DNA from: Pedobacter sp. | GTDB lineage: Bacteria > Desulfobacterota > Desulfuromonadia > Desulfuromonadales > Syntrophotaleaceae | Length of the DNA stretch: 64,000 nt | Direction: 5' to 3' | Assembly (NCBI GenBank): GCA_050253415.1 | Contig: JBFWJC010000001.1 | Coordinates: 1,640,679-1,704,678 of the forward strand | Shown here: positions 51,695 through 61,049 of the stretch, piece by piece | Layout of the letters: the number at the start of each line of letters is the position of its first letter | Numbering within the stretch: the first letter of the stretch is position 1 | The notes under the pieces: model-generated | Seen by the model: only the letters and a program-made list of their open reading frames with translations | Databases searched by the model: none | Told to the model about the DNA's origin: nothing | Translations under genes and position numbers: made by a program

Positions 51695-52048
51695 ATGCTT
51701 ACCTTTCTGATTATTCTGCATGTGCTTGTCTGTGTGGCCCTCATCATCATCGTACTGCTTCAGGGCGGCAAGGGTGCTGAAGTCGGCGCAGCATTTGGCG
51801 GCGGTGGCAGCCAGACGATTTTTGGCGCCAGCGGCGGTGCGAGTTTCATGAGTAAACTTACTACTAGCGCAGCGATCATCTTCATGCTGACCAGCCTTAT
51901 CCTGGCTTACTTCTATAAAATTCCCGGTAGCGATAGTATCATGCCGGAAACAATGGCGGCACCGTCTGCTCAGGAAGAGGCGATGCAACCTGTTGAGGTG
52001 CCTGCTGTTCCGGCTCCTGCACAAGAAACGGCTGCACCGGCAAACTAA
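51695..52048 (+). CDS. secG: preprotein translocase subunit SecG
   Basis: LIIIVLLQGGKGA..GAAFGGG, two TM segments; tpiA-secG-tRNA-Leu synteny; start may be 51689. Confidence 0.95.
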   Translation: MLTFLIILHVLVCVALIIIVLLQGGKGAEVGAAFGGGGSQTIFGASGGASFMSKLTTSAAIIFMLTSLILAYFYKIPGSDSIMPETMAAPSAQEEAMQPVEVPAVPAPAQETAAPAN

Positions 52049-52072
52049 AAATGATTTTTGCTGAATTTCATG

Positions 52073-52102
52073 TTGACAGCAGCGAATCAAAACATGTATA
52101 AA
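52073..52102 (+). promoter_or_regulatory. putative sigma70 promoter for tRNA-Leu
   Basis: TTGACA-N18-TATAAA, 14 nt upstream of the tRNA. Confidence 0.5.
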
Positions 52103-52116
52103 GTTTTTCGCTTCAA

Positions 52117-52203
52117 GCCGAAGTGGTGGAACTGGTAGACACGCCATCTTGAGGGGGTGGTGGCCAATTGGTCGTGCGAGTTCGAGTCTCGCCTTCGGCA
52201 CCA
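52117..52203 (+). tRNA. tRNA-Leu(GAG)
   Basis: GCCGAAG/CTTCGGC acceptor stem, anticodon arm CCATC-TTGAGGG-GGTGG, long variable arm, GTTCGAG T-loop, CCA end. Confidence 0.97.
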
Positions 52204-52213
52204 TAAAAATTAG

Positions 52214-52251
52214 AAGAGCCCGTGATCGAAATGATTGCGGGCTCTTTTTTT
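52214..52251 (+). terminator. intrinsic terminator after tRNA-Leu
   Basis: AAGAGCCCGTGATC/GATTGCGGGCTCTT stem plus T-run. Confidence 0.88.
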
Positions 52252-52650
52252 ATTTAAACGTCAGTATATATGTATACTCTATTAAAATACTTGTAATAGC
52301 CAAATTAATTTGTTATACCACCGTCATGAAATTTTTAATGTAGTACTTCTTTCTTTCTCCCACATATTTTACAAATAAATTTTGCAATGCCCTTCTTTAC
52401 CATATGCATGGTAGCGGGTGGATAAGGTACCTCTTTATCTACTTGTCGGAAGCGTAGTTGCTGTGATTTGACTTGGAGTTTCTTCCACTGCACCGATTTA
52501 GTGTCTGCAGGGAGTAGTCTATAGTTATCGTTGTTTTTTTGATATATATCGCCCTGGTGTTGGTACCTTTTCTTGGCATTAGGTGTTTCTTTAATCTCAA
52601 TATTTTATGGATTAAATCTATTTGGCCACGTAATTTAAAGGAAGACAGAT

Positions 52651-54873
52651 ATGAAAATTCAGGGGAAAATAACGTCTGTTGGTGTTTTGTTAATAGGCCT
52701 CACTGCCTTAAGTATTGTTTGTGTCGCCCTTTACCAAAAAGAGGTTATCAAACAACAAATTGATTCAGAAATTGTAATTCTTGCAGAGCAAGAAGGTTCC
52801 AAGGTTGCGGAAAATATTTACCTGATGTCTCAGGCAATGGCCGAGTCGGTTACCAAACAGGTGCAATCCAATTTGAACGTGGCTCAGGAAATTCTAGACA
52901 ATGCTGGTGGAATTAGTTCGTCGCAAGAAATGGTGACGTGGGAAGCCGTTAATCAGTTTACTAGTGAAAAGCAGACTGTCGCATTACCCAAGATGATGCT
53001 GGGTAATGAGTGGGTGGGGCAGAATACCGACTCCAGTACTGTCACGCCTCTGGTCGACAAGATGTACGATCTTGTCGGTGGGACGACAACGATATTCCAG
53101 CGTATGAACGAAGATGGCGACATGTTGCGGGTAGCCACCAATGTTCTTAAAACTGATGGCCGCCGCGCCATCGGAACCTTTATCCCTCGTATGAAGAACG
53201 GCAAACCGAATCCGGTTATTGAAGCCGTCCTACGGGGGGAAACTTACATCGGTCGCGCCTATGTGGTTAACGACTGGTACATAACGGCATACAAACCTCT
53301 GTGGGACAGGAACCATAGCCGTGTTGTCGGTGTATTGTATTTCGGAGAAAAACAGGAAAACGTCAAGAGTCTGCGGAAAGGGATTCTTGATATCGTGGTT
53401 GGCAAATCCGGTCATGTCTATGTTGTCGGTGGGACTCAGGACCAGAAAGGAAAAGTTCTTCTTTCCAAGGATAAAAATGAGGAGGGGACGGATCTGTTGT
53501 CGGCTCTCGACCTGAATGGTTCGCCTTACATCCGGAATATCCTGGATAAAGCCACAGCCCTGGATAATTCCGACGGGAAAATAGGGACTTTCGTAGAAAA
53601 ATATGTCCTGGAAGACTCGCAGACCGGTCAACCTTCAACAAAATTAGGCGTCGTGTCCTATTACAAACCGTGGGACTGGGTGATTGTCGCGGAATATGAC
53701 GCCAGGGATATTGAGAATTTGATCGCCAACATGAATGACAATCTCAATACCATGGCAAAGTGGATTATCTTTATCGCCTTGGCGGCGGGGGGACTTACCG
53801 TCGTGGGTGCCGCCTTTGGTGGACGTGCCATTAGCAGGCCGCTGGGCGAGGCGGTTGACATGCTGCAGGCGCTGGAGGCAGGCAAGCTCGACCAACGTCT
53901 TGAGATCAAAAGTAACGACGAAATAGGCCAACTTGCCACCACCATGAACCAATTTGCCGATAACTTGAGTGACGAGATTCTTGCCGCTTTCCAACGATTG
54001 TCCGAGGGTGACTTTACGTTTGAAGCTGCGGGCATGATCAAAGAGCCTTTGGCAAATACTAACCGGGCCTTGAACGAATTGATGGTTCAGATACAAAGGG
54101 CCAGCAGCCAGATTTCTTCAGGTTCCGGGCAGGTTGCCGATAGCAGTCAGGCCCTCTCTCAGGGCGCGACGGAATCCGCCAGCTCCATGGAACAGATCGG
54201 CAGCTCTATGCGCGAACTGGAATCCAAAACCAAAAATAACGCCGATAACGCCGCTCAGGCCAATAACCTGTCCCACAATGCGCGTAAAGCCGCCGAAACA
54301 GGTAAATGCCAGATGGAGGAGATGGTGAGTGCCATGCAGGATATCAATGCTTCCAGTATGGATATCTCCAAGATCATAAAGGTTATCGATGAAATTGCCT
54401 TCCAGACCAACCTGCTCGCCCTGAATGCTGCGGTCGAGGCAGCCCGGGCCGGTCAGCATGGTAAAGGGTTTGCCGTGGTGGCGGAAGAGGTGCGCAATCT
54501 GGCCGCGCGCAGTGCGGTTGCAGCCAAGGAAACGGCCGATTTGATCGAAGGGTCGGTGAATAAAACCGAAAGAGGGGCGAATATTGCTGGCAATGCTGCT
54601 TCAGCACTGAATGAAATCGTTCAGGAAATTACACGCGTGACCGATTTTATCAGCGATATCGCACTCTCCTCCCAGGAACAGGTTCAAGGTATCAGTCAAA
54701 TCAATCAAGGATTGACGCAAATCGATGCTGTGACGCAGCAAAACACAGCGACTGCAGAGGAAAACGCCGCGGTTGCGGAAGAACTCTCCAGTCAGGCCAG
54801 TGCATTACAATACCAGATTTCCCAGTTTAAGCTCAAAGATGAACGAACACCGACTCATTTGTTGCATGGATGA
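52651..54873 (+). CDS. methyl-accepting chemotaxis protein with Cache-type periplasmic sensor and HAMP
   Basis: Two TMs, TIFQRMN..GDMLRVATNV, HAMP DEIGQL, IAFQTNLLALNAAVEAARAG.HGKGFAVVAEEVRNLA. Confidence 0.96.
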   Translation: MKIQGKITSVGVLLIGLTALSIVCVALYQKEVIKQQIDSEIVILAEQEGSKVAENIYLMSQAMAESVTKQVQSNLNVAQEILDNAGGISSSQEMVTWEAVNQFTSEKQTVALPKMMLGNEWVGQNTDSSTVTPLVDKMYDLVGGTTTIFQRMNEDGDMLRVATNVLKTDGRRAIGTFIPRMKNGKPNPVIEAVLRGETYIGRAYVVNDWYITAYKPLWDRNHSRVVGVLYFGEKQENVKSLRKGILDIVVGKSGHVYVVGGTQDQKGKVLLSKDKNEEGTDLLSALDLNGSPYIRNILDKATALDNSDGKIGTFVEKYVLEDSQTGQPSTKLGVVSYYKPWDWVIVAEYDARDIENLIANMNDNLNTMAKWIIFIALAAGGLTVVGAAFGGRAISRPLGEAVDMLQALEAGKLDQRLEIKSNDEIGQLATTMNQFADNLSDEILAAFQRLSEGDFTFEAAGMIKEPLANTNRALNELMVQIQRASSQISSGSGQVADSSQALSQGATESASSMEQIGSSMRELESKTKNNADNAAQANNLSHNARKAAETGKCQMEEMVSAMQDINASSMDISKIIKVIDEIAFQTNLLALNAAVEAARAGQHGKGFAVVAEEVRNLAARSAVAAKETADLIEGSVNKTERGANIAGNAASALNEIVQEITRVTDFISDIALSSQEQVQGISQINQGLTQIDAVTQQNTATAEENAAVAEELSSQASALQYQISQFKLKDERTPTHLLHG

Positions 54874-54877
54874 ATTT

Positions 54878-54906
54878 AAAGCGCCTCTTCGGGGCGCTTT
54901 TTTTTT
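54878..54906 (+). terminator. intrinsic terminator after MCP
   Basis: AAAGCGCCTC-TTCG-GGGCGC followed by T9. Confidence 0.85.
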
Positions 54907-54911
54907 GTTAT

Positions 54912-55193
54912 TTAGCGGGGCAGGTGCTGAATTTGTTCAGCCAATTCACTCCAGTTACGGCGGCTATAGACAGCTGGAATGCCAAGTTGTTTGGCCTGGG
55001 ATTTCAGTTTGCGTGCAGCTGTGTGGTGCAGAAAATCAGTGAAAAACAACACCGCGTCGACATGATCCGGAATGGTATTCTTGGCTACCTTGCTGTTGCG
55101 GGCCGGCCAGTGGGTAATGCGGGTGGCTCCTATTTCTTCAAGTCGGGGTATGATTGCACCGATCCGGTCTGCACCAATAATAAGAATGGACAT
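54912..55193 (-). CDS. DUF2325 family protein
   Basis: ILIIGADRI, H...R, IP..VDAVLFFTDFLHH, K..AK..GIP.VYSRR. Confidence 0.85.
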   Translation of the reverse strand: MSILIIGADRIGAIIPRLEEIGATRITHWPARNSKVAKNTIPDHVDAVLFFTDFLHHTAARKLKSQAKQLGIPAVYSRRNWSELAEQIQHLPR

Positions 55194-55257
55194 AACACCT
55201 ATTCCTTTTGATTGTAAAATCTGTGATAGTTTGCACCTGTCGTTAACCTTACAGAAA

Positions 55258-55274
55258 TTGAAAACCGTTTTCAA
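55258..55274. promoter_or_regulatory. palindromic operator, Fur-box-like
   Basis: Perfect 8-1-8 inverted repeat TTGAAAAC-C-GTTTTCAA, 65 nt upstream of the DUF2325 start. Confidence 0.65.
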
Positions 55275-55386
55275 GTAAATAAAATTCGAATGCAATAGGA
55301 AAAGGTCTGAATGTCCATTGGGGGATGAAGCTATAGGCAGGCGGTTGATGCGGGGGAGACGGGCGCCCCCGCATCGTTATAATTGT

Positions 55387-55701
55387 TTATTTCAGGTAGG
55401 AACAGCAGTAGTCGGCGACTTCTTTAACCTTGAGGGAAAACTTGGAATTGGCCGGTACCTCGAAGCTCTGGCCTTCACTGAAGGTCTGCCATGAATCGGC
55501 GCCGGGCAACAGTACTTCCATGGAACCGCCGAGCATTTCCATGATTTCGGCTGCTGCGGTATCAAATTCGTAGTCTCCCGGCATCATGATGCCAAGGGTT
55601 TTTTTAGTGCCATCGGCAAACATGACAGTGCGACTGGTAACTTTTCCGTCAAAATAAACATTGGCTTTTTTGATGATGGTGACATTTTTGAATTCTGACA
55701 T
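55387..55701 (-). CDS. ppnP: pyrimidine/purine nucleoside phosphorylase (DUF1255)
   Basis: [25 protein letters not shown]...E.ME, F.VPANSKF, DYCCSY. Confidence 0.93.
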   Translation of the reverse strand: MSEFKNVTIIKKANVYFDGKVTSRTVMFADGTKKTLGIMMPGDYEFDTAAAEIMEMLGGSMEVLLPGADSWQTFSEGQSFEVPANSKFSLKVKEVADYCCSYLK

Positions 55702-56181
55702 GGGTCTGCTCTCCTGACATGGTATGAATGAAATATCCTGTCCCGATAGAGGGGAAGGGAATGTTTATAAAAAGCGGCTACACGAACGCCTGAATCATGG
55801 TTTGACTGTTCGCGAAAGTCAAATAAAACCTTGCTTCTTGTAAAAAATTGCCGGAAAAATCAGTCGACGGCGGTTTGGCGTGTGGTGCAACCGGAATAAC
55901 ATTCTTGATGTCAGAAGAAGGAGATTATTGCCTCATCCAACCATCACCTCTTATTTCAAAATCGCCGCACGTTCTTGTATCAAAACCATTCCACACGCTG
56001 TTGGCATGGGCGGCATTCAGGTACCTGATATATCCCTGGGAACAGTTTTGATTTACCAAATACGACAGCCTAACTCTTTAGAATCAAGTTGGGCCGTTTA
56101 GTGATTTGGAAATGGCAAATTATAGGAAGGCCGAACAGTAAACGTCGCACCTTCGAAGTCTAATCCTGTAGCTCTCGAGGT

Positions 56182-57126
56182 TCACGGCGCCGATGGCTCC
56201 GTCTCGATTTGCCTCTGGAGTCTCTCCTGGTTTTTATACTCTTTTGTCTTGATAGTAAGGTAATCCTCCCTATCCAGTTCATAAAGTTGTTGCCTGTAGC
56301 GATTCGTAAGATCGTTCCAATCGTCGATTCTCATCTTGAAACGACTTTCCTCCGGATAGTGCAATGTTTCCATGAAGGATTGGATCGCGAAATAGTACCG
56401 CGCAGCGTTGCGCTCAAGCGCCCCGCGGGGCCCATGGATATAGACGGGGTTTCCGTCATGATCTGTGCCGGTTATGGTGAAACCGACCTTGTCCCGACCG
56501 AGTGTCGCAAAATAGATTTTTTCCGCGAGGCGAAAGACAAAACTGTCACTGTATGCATATCTGACATGAGCAAAAGTCCTTCCCCCGTCAAGAGGCAGGG
56601 CCTCAAACCTCATCAGGTGATCTTTCGTACCCAAAGGACCTTCCTCGGCACTGAGAACGATATTCAGAAAATCAGGTTGTTGATCGACTTTTCGGTAATG
56701 GTAAATGATTTCATGCGCATCTTCTGGCGCTTTATACACCTTGCGTCCAACGTAAAGGGTCAGCAGCCACTCATCCTGCAGCTCCCGGTACGTACAGGCC
56801 TTGACATTCGGGTGCAGAAATAATATTTCGCACCAGTTTGCCGGAACCTTGACCACGTCGGCGACGCCACCGTAAGGATAATCAAAAACCCCGTAGACAT
56901 CCACCGTCACTCTATGGTCGCGTTCAAAAGACTCAAGAAATAGAGGAAAACCAAAACTGTTTCTCTCCAATGCCGGCATGTTCCTGTGGTAGGTATCGCG
57001 CAGGATGTCCCGTTCCCGCGGGGGTTGTTCGACTGCTGGCGCCAAATCGGCAGAAAAAAGAAACGCCGTTGCCACCATGCACAAGAATAATTTCGAAAGT
57101 TTTCTGAACGCCATCATCTGATTCAC
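56182..57126 (-). CDS. hypothetical exported protein
   Basis: 314-aa ORF with signal-peptide-like N-terminus, same strand as upstream cluster; no recognised motif. Confidence 0.7.
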   Translation of the reverse strand: MNQMMAFRKLSKLFLCMVATAFLFSADLAPAVEQPPRERDILRDTYHRNMPALERNSFGFPLFLESFERDHRVTVDVYGVFDYPYGGVADVVKVPANWCEILFLHPNVKACTYRELQDEWLLTLYVGRKVYKAPEDAHEIIYHYRKVDQQPDFLNIVLSAEEGPLGTKDHLMRFEALPLDGGRTFAHVRYAYSDSFVFRLAEKIYFATLGRDKVGFTITGTDHDGNPVYIHGPRGALERNAARYYFAIQSFMETLHYPEESRFKMRIDDWNDLTNRYRQQLYELDREDYLTIKTKEYKNQERLQRQIETEPSAP

Positions 57127-57200
57127 TTTTCCGGCGATAAACCGCCCCTCAGCGGAAAGGCTTTCTCGGGCTGCATGAGGCAGGATAGATCACCACTTCG

Positions 57201-57234
57201 TTGCCGGCTGTTGCATAAGAGCAGCAGCCGGCAA
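57201..57234. other. strong hairpin downstream of BON gene (terminator or mRNA stabiliser)
   Basis: TTGCCGGCTGTTGC / GCAGCAGCCGGCAA inverted repeat without a clear U-tract. Confidence 0.5.
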
Positions 57235-57332
57235 TATTCCCTGGGGCTGCACATTGTTCTGCGGATCTTTAACTCCCTGGTCCTACGGGCATAAAGACAT
57301 CATGAACGGATACCCCAAACAAGCCATCGGGG

Positions 57333-57647
57333 CTATCTTACAATCAGGTTGTTTTTTACAGCCACGACACCGTTGACGCCCCGGGCAACTTCTTCAGCCC
57401 TTATGGCATGTTGGCGCGAATCGACAAAACCGCTTAACTGAACTTCCCCTTTGAAGGTCTCGACGTTGATCTGCAAGACTTTCAGCTCTGAATCTGCAAA
57501 GATTGCGGTTTTTACCTTGGTGGTAATTACCGTATCATCAATATATTCACCGGTTCCTTCTTGTTTACTTGTGGAAGCACATCCCACGAATGTGGCCAAC
57601 AGTACTAAACAAACAAGTAATCCTACAATGCGATGCTTCTTTAACAT
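57333..57647 (-). CDS. single BON-domain lipoprotein (OsmY-like)
   Basis: Lipobox FVGC, GEYIDDTVITTKVK, INVETFKGEVQLSGFVDS, V.GVVAVKNNL. Confidence 0.93.
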   Translation of the reverse strand: MLKKHRIVGLLVCLVLLATFVGCASTSKQEGTGEYIDDTVITTKVKTAIFADSELKVLQINVETFKGEVQLSGFVDSRQHAIRAEEVARGVNGVVAVKNNLIVR

Positions 57648-57687
57648 GATTATTGCTCCTTTTGTTGGTTGAATATTGCGTTTACTT

Positions 57688-58011
57688 TCATTCTACGCGC
57701 ACCTCTTTTACTCTTTCCCATCCCGCCACGGACGCAATTGTGCTAAACGTAACGTCAGGCTCTTTGTCGAGCAGTTTCATGGCTCCGACCAGAACACCGA
57801 AAAGAACGGACCGCAGATGGGTCTCCAGGTCCTCCCCGCTCTGCCACTCCTCCTTGAACAAAATGGTGGTTTCAGCTTCAACATCCACGTAGCAATTACA
57901 ACTCAGACAGCCATTCTCGCGTCGGATTGGCCCGAGTATCGCGGTAAGGGTTTGCAGGACCTCTTTTCTCTTTTCGCGTGACACGGTCATTTTAATCGTG
58001 GCGTCGATCAT
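57688..58011 (-). CDS. ABM (antibiotic biosynthesis monooxygenase / putative quinol monooxygenase) domain protein
   Basis: R.ENGCLSC..Y, EEWQS.EDLETHLRS. Confidence 0.85.
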   Translation of the reverse strand: MIDATIKMTVSREKRKEVLQTLTAILGPIRRENGCLSCNCYVDVEAETTILFKEEWQSGEDLETHLRSVLFGVLVGAMKLLDKEPDVTFSTIASVAGWERVKEVRVE

Positions 58012-58049
58012 AGGCTTTCACCTTGGGTGATAAAACAATTGGGAGATCT

Positions 58050-58250
58050 CTACCCCACATGAATCGAAGACAGGTAACTTAACAGTCCAAAAACTTTCAA
58101 GAGCCACAAGATCACGACAATGACCACAACGGCGTTCAAGATTGTCTTTATGGATCCCGCCATAGGGATAAATCGATTAACGAGCCAAAGCAGAACACCA
58201 ACCACAATCAGGGCCACTATTATTTGAATTAACGGCATGAGCTGATTCAC
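58050..58250 (-). CDS. small two-TM membrane protein (Thivi_2564-like)
   Basis: LIVVGVLLWLVN.FIPM..SIK.ILNAVVVIVVILWLL; GGGAGG RBS. Confidence 0.82.
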   Translation of the reverse strand: MNQLMPLIQIIVALIVVGVLLWLVNRFIPMAGSIKTILNAVVVIVVILWLLKVFGLLSYLSSIHVG

Positions 58251-58401
58251 CTCCCTCTGTTGATCGTGGAAACAGACTCCATAGGACCTCTACCGATTGT
58301 GCGGACAGCTTCACCCATGATCACTTCCTTCGCACCGGTACAAGCAAGCGTGCAGAGCGACGAAGAGATTGGGGTAAAGAGCAGTTTCGGATGAAAACCA
58401 A

Positions 58402-58557
58402 CTAAATTCGACCCAACAGTAACAGGATGATCAGAATCAAAAGCACCAATCCAAGCCCGCCACTGGGATAGTACCCCCACTTCCGGCTGTGAGGCCAAGT
58501 GGGCAACGCTCCCAGAAACAGCAAAACCAGAACGATGATCAAAATTGTTCCTAACAT
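58402..58557 (-). CDS. DUF3309 family small membrane protein (51 aa, below ORF-track cutoff)
   Basis: Manual translation MLGTILIIVLVLLFLGALPTWPHSRKWGYYPSGGLGLVLLILIILLLLGRI; AAGGA RBS. Confidence 0.92.
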   Translation of the reverse strand: MLGTILIIVLVLLFLGALPTWPHSRKWGYYPSGGLGLVLLILIILLLLGRI

Positions 58558-58664
58558 GGCGTTTTCCTTTCATCAGAGAACAATCTGCTTGCGTGACAGT
58601 TCAGCTACCCGGTCTGCCTTTTGCAAAAAGTCCGACCAGCTCCCTGGCTCGCATAAAAATAAAT

Positions 58665-58681
58665 TGCAACTACCGGACCAG
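58665..58681 (-). promoter_or_regulatory. sigma54 -24/-12 promoter
   Basis: Minus strand CTGGTCCGGTAGTTGCA = GG-N10-GC with TTGCA at -12. Confidence 0.7.
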
Positions 58682-58706
58682 AGAAGGAAGGCGGCCACTG
58701 CGAGTC

Positions 58707-58719
58707 TAAGGGTTTGATT
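58707..58719 (-). promoter_or_regulatory. IHF binding site
   Basis: Minus strand AATCAAACCCTTA, exact match to WATCAANNNNTTR, between the promoter and the UAS. Confidence 0.65.
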
Positions 58720-58777
58720 ATACGTAGAAAAAATAGAGGAGTAGCGGACGAAAGGGAGGTAAACCGTCAGCGCAGCC

Positions 58778-58809
58778 CGCCATATTTGACGTAACTGCCA
58801 TATGTGGCG
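58778..58809. promoter_or_regulatory. tandem palindromic upstream activator sequences
   Basis: CGCCATATTTGACG (58778-58791) and TGCCATATGTGGCG (58796-58809), consensus CGCCA-N4-TGGCG. Confidence 0.6.
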
Positions 58810-58844
58810 GATCAGCATGAGGGAAACGCTCTGCCCGTTTAACT

Positions 58845-60566
58845 TTATGGTCGGTGGATGTCGTATTTCCGCATCCGGGCGCGAAGAGTGCTGGGGTTGA
58901 GGCCAAGGAGTACCGCCGCCCCGTTTTCCCCCTCGATCCGCCATCCGGTTTTCTGGAGCACCCGGACTATGTGGTCGCGTTCCAGTTCGGCGAGGGCTTT
59001 CATGTCCTGCTCCGGCAAATCTCCGGTTTTTAGGAAAGTGTCAAACCTGTCCAGTACCTGCAACAGGGGCCCCTGACTGGTGATTACTGACCGCTCGATG
59101 ACACTTTCCAACTCCCGCACGTTGCCGGGCCAGGAGTATTGCTGGAGGGCACAGAGCGTTTCTTTCGATACGGCCTCTATCTTCTTGCCCATTTTCTTGT
59201 TGAATTTGGCCACGAAATAATGGACGAGCAGCGGGATGTCTTCCTTGCGCTGCCGCAGCGGCGGGATCGTGATGGGAAAAACATTGAGCCTGTAGAACAG
59301 ATCTTGCCGAAACCTGCCGTTGCGGATCTCTTCCTCCAGATTCCGGTTGGTGGTGGCGATGATCCGCACATTGACTTTGATGGTGTGGGGACTGCCCAGG
59401 CGCTCGAACTCACCATCCTGAATGACCCGAAGTAGTTTGCACTGCAACTCCAGTGGCATCTCGCCGATTTCGTCGAGGAGTATGGTGCCGCCGTGGGCCA
59501 GCTCAAAGCGCCCGATCTGCCGGACGTTCGCCCCGGTGAATGCACCCTTCTCCCGCCCGAAGAGCTCGCTTTCGATGAGGTTTGCCGGCAGTGCCGTGCA
59601 GTTGACGGTGATCATCGGCCGGTCCCTGCGGGAACTTCTGCCGTGAATGGCGCGTGCTACCACACCCTTGCCGGTGCCGGTCTCGCCAAGCAGGAGAACT
59701 GTTGCGTCCTGGGGCGCCACTTGTTCGATGCGGAAGAATACATACGCGATGGCGTCGCTTTGACCGATGATCTCGCTGAAATTATGCTCCCCGGAAACCT
59801 GCTGTCGCAGATAAACGTTCTCAGCCTGGAGCCGGTCTTTTAACTCCTTGATTTGGGCAAGCGCCCCCCGGAGTGACTCTTCAGTCCCCTTGCGCATATC
59901 TATTTCCCGCAAAAGCAGCGCCTTCGCCCTGGTCAGCTCTTTAGTCCGCTGAAGCACGGTCAGCTCCAGCTTGTCATGGGCATCGCGGAGCGCCGATTCC
60001 ATCTGATTGTGACGTGTGCTGTCAATGATCGAGGTAAGGATAGAAACTTCCTTGTCTTCGGTTTCTCCCACCGCTACGCTCTGCAATTGTCCGTGGGTCA
60101 CCGTACCGTCTTTTCCCACAAATCGGAGCTCACAGCGCTGCATGCCCTGTCTTTGCAAAACACTTTCGATATGACGGGAAAAACTCTCTTTCCCCGCCGC
60201 ATCGGCAATAAAACGGTTAAGGGGTTTATTGACCAACTGCCGCCGCTCAACTCCCAAGAGCTGCGCGCCGACGATATTCACCTCCTGAATCCGTCCGCGC
60301 ACGTCAAGGGTGAAATAGCCGACAGGTGCCAGGTCATAGAGTTCGGCATATTTGTTCTGCGTTACCTGAAGCTCATTTCGAACCCGACGCAGTTCTTCGT
60401 TCTGCATCTCCAGCTCAACCTGGTGTACCTGCAGTTCATGGAGGTGGCGGCGCAGATCGGCGCCGCTCCGGGGAAGACTCTCCTTTGTGTCTTTCGACCT
60501 CAGCTGCGCTTCAACGCAGCGGCGCAGTTCAGCAGCCTTGTCCGATGAGCTTTCTTCTTTTTTCAC
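58845..60566 (-). CDS. PAS-domain sigma54-dependent enhancer-binding protein (FhlA/NifA-like AAA+ with Fis HTH)
   Basis: [17 protein letters not shown] coiled coil, [62 protein letters not shown]. Confidence 0.95.
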   Translation of the reverse strand: MKKEESSSDKAAELRRCVEAQLRSKDTKESLPRSGADLRRHLHELQVHQVELEMQNEELRRVRNELQVTQNKYAELYDLAPVGYFTLDVRGRIQEVNIVGAQLLGVERRQLVNKPLNRFIADAAGKESFSRHIESVLQRQGMQRCELRFVGKDGTVTHGQLQSVAVGETEDKEVSILTSIIDSTRHNQMESALRDAHDKLELTVLQRTKELTRAKALLLREIDMRKGTEESLRGALAQIKELKDRLQAENVYLRQQVSGEHNFSEIIGQSDAIAYVFFRIEQVAPQDATVLLLGETGTGKGVVARAIHGRSSRRDRPMITVNCTALPANLIESELFGREKGAFTGANVRQIGRFELAHGGTILLDEIGEMPLELQCKLLRVIQDGEFERLGSPHTIKVNVRIIATTNRNLEEEIRNGRFRQDLFYRLNVFPITIPPLRQRKEDIPLLVHYFVAKFNKKMGKKIEAVSKETLCALQQYSWPGNVRELESVIERSVITSQGPLLQVLDRFDTFLKTGDLPEQDMKALAELERDHIVRVLQKTGWRIEGENGAAVLLGLNPSTLRARMRKYDIHRP

Positions 60567-60721
60567 GCGTGACCTCGCCTCACAAGCCTGTATCGTGTGC
60601 CGTGCTCCCCCCCCTGAAAAAAGTCGCAGTCGATGAGGATTCGCTTCCTTGCACTTTCAATCATGTGGCAGGAGCCGGTTACATCCTGATCGGCACAGTG
60701 GAATGACAGTTTTATGGGCAT
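60563..60721 (-). pseudogene. truncated N-terminus of RNA-metabolising MBL/beta-CASP hydrolase
   Basis: KLSFHCADQDVTGSCHMIE..RKRILIDCDFFQG resembles the family start (L.F.GA...VTGS.H......ILIDCG.FQG); ends after 52 codons; AAGGAG RBS. Confidence 0.75.
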
Positions 60722-60921
60722 CTCCTTAATAAGCGTACCACAGACAGGCACTGCAGGCATCCTGTCGGGAATCCGTTTAACCGGTAAATGCGGATATGCT
60801 GGATTAGTAATGGGGGTAAGGTCATGGTGATGGCCTGCCAGTCATGGAAATTTTCTGCAAGCACTGTATTTCCGACGCTACTTATTTGAATTGGAAATCC
60901 TAGTTCGGTGACTCTTTAAGA

Positions 60922-60954
60922 GAAAAGCCCACCGGTTCGCCTGGTGGGCCTTTC
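60922..60954 (-). terminator. probable terminator after RelA/SpoT-domain gene
   Basis: GCCCACCGG/CTGGTGGGC stem flanked by GAAAA and TTTC. Confidence 0.6.
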
Positions 60955-61049
60955 ATGTCTGATGGGCGGTGATTTACGGGACGACTTGGGCGGTGAATCG
61001 AGATCTTTTATAATGATCGGGGCTATTCACGGCTCCTTCTGGTGATAAA

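Noticed and set aside
52405..52425. GGTAGCGGG upstream of the MCP as the 3' end of a c-di-GMP-I riboswitch
   Set aside because: The required 5' elements (GGCAAA, GAAA tetraloop stem, GCAAAGC) are absent.
55848..56101. Short ORFs between ppnP and the exported protein
   Set aside because: No recognisable motif in the frames I translated; cannot support a gene or pseudogene call.
58621..58639. Second sigma54-like motif CTGGTCGGACTTTTTGCAA on the minus strand
   Set aside because: GG to GC spacing is 11 nt rather than the strict 10.
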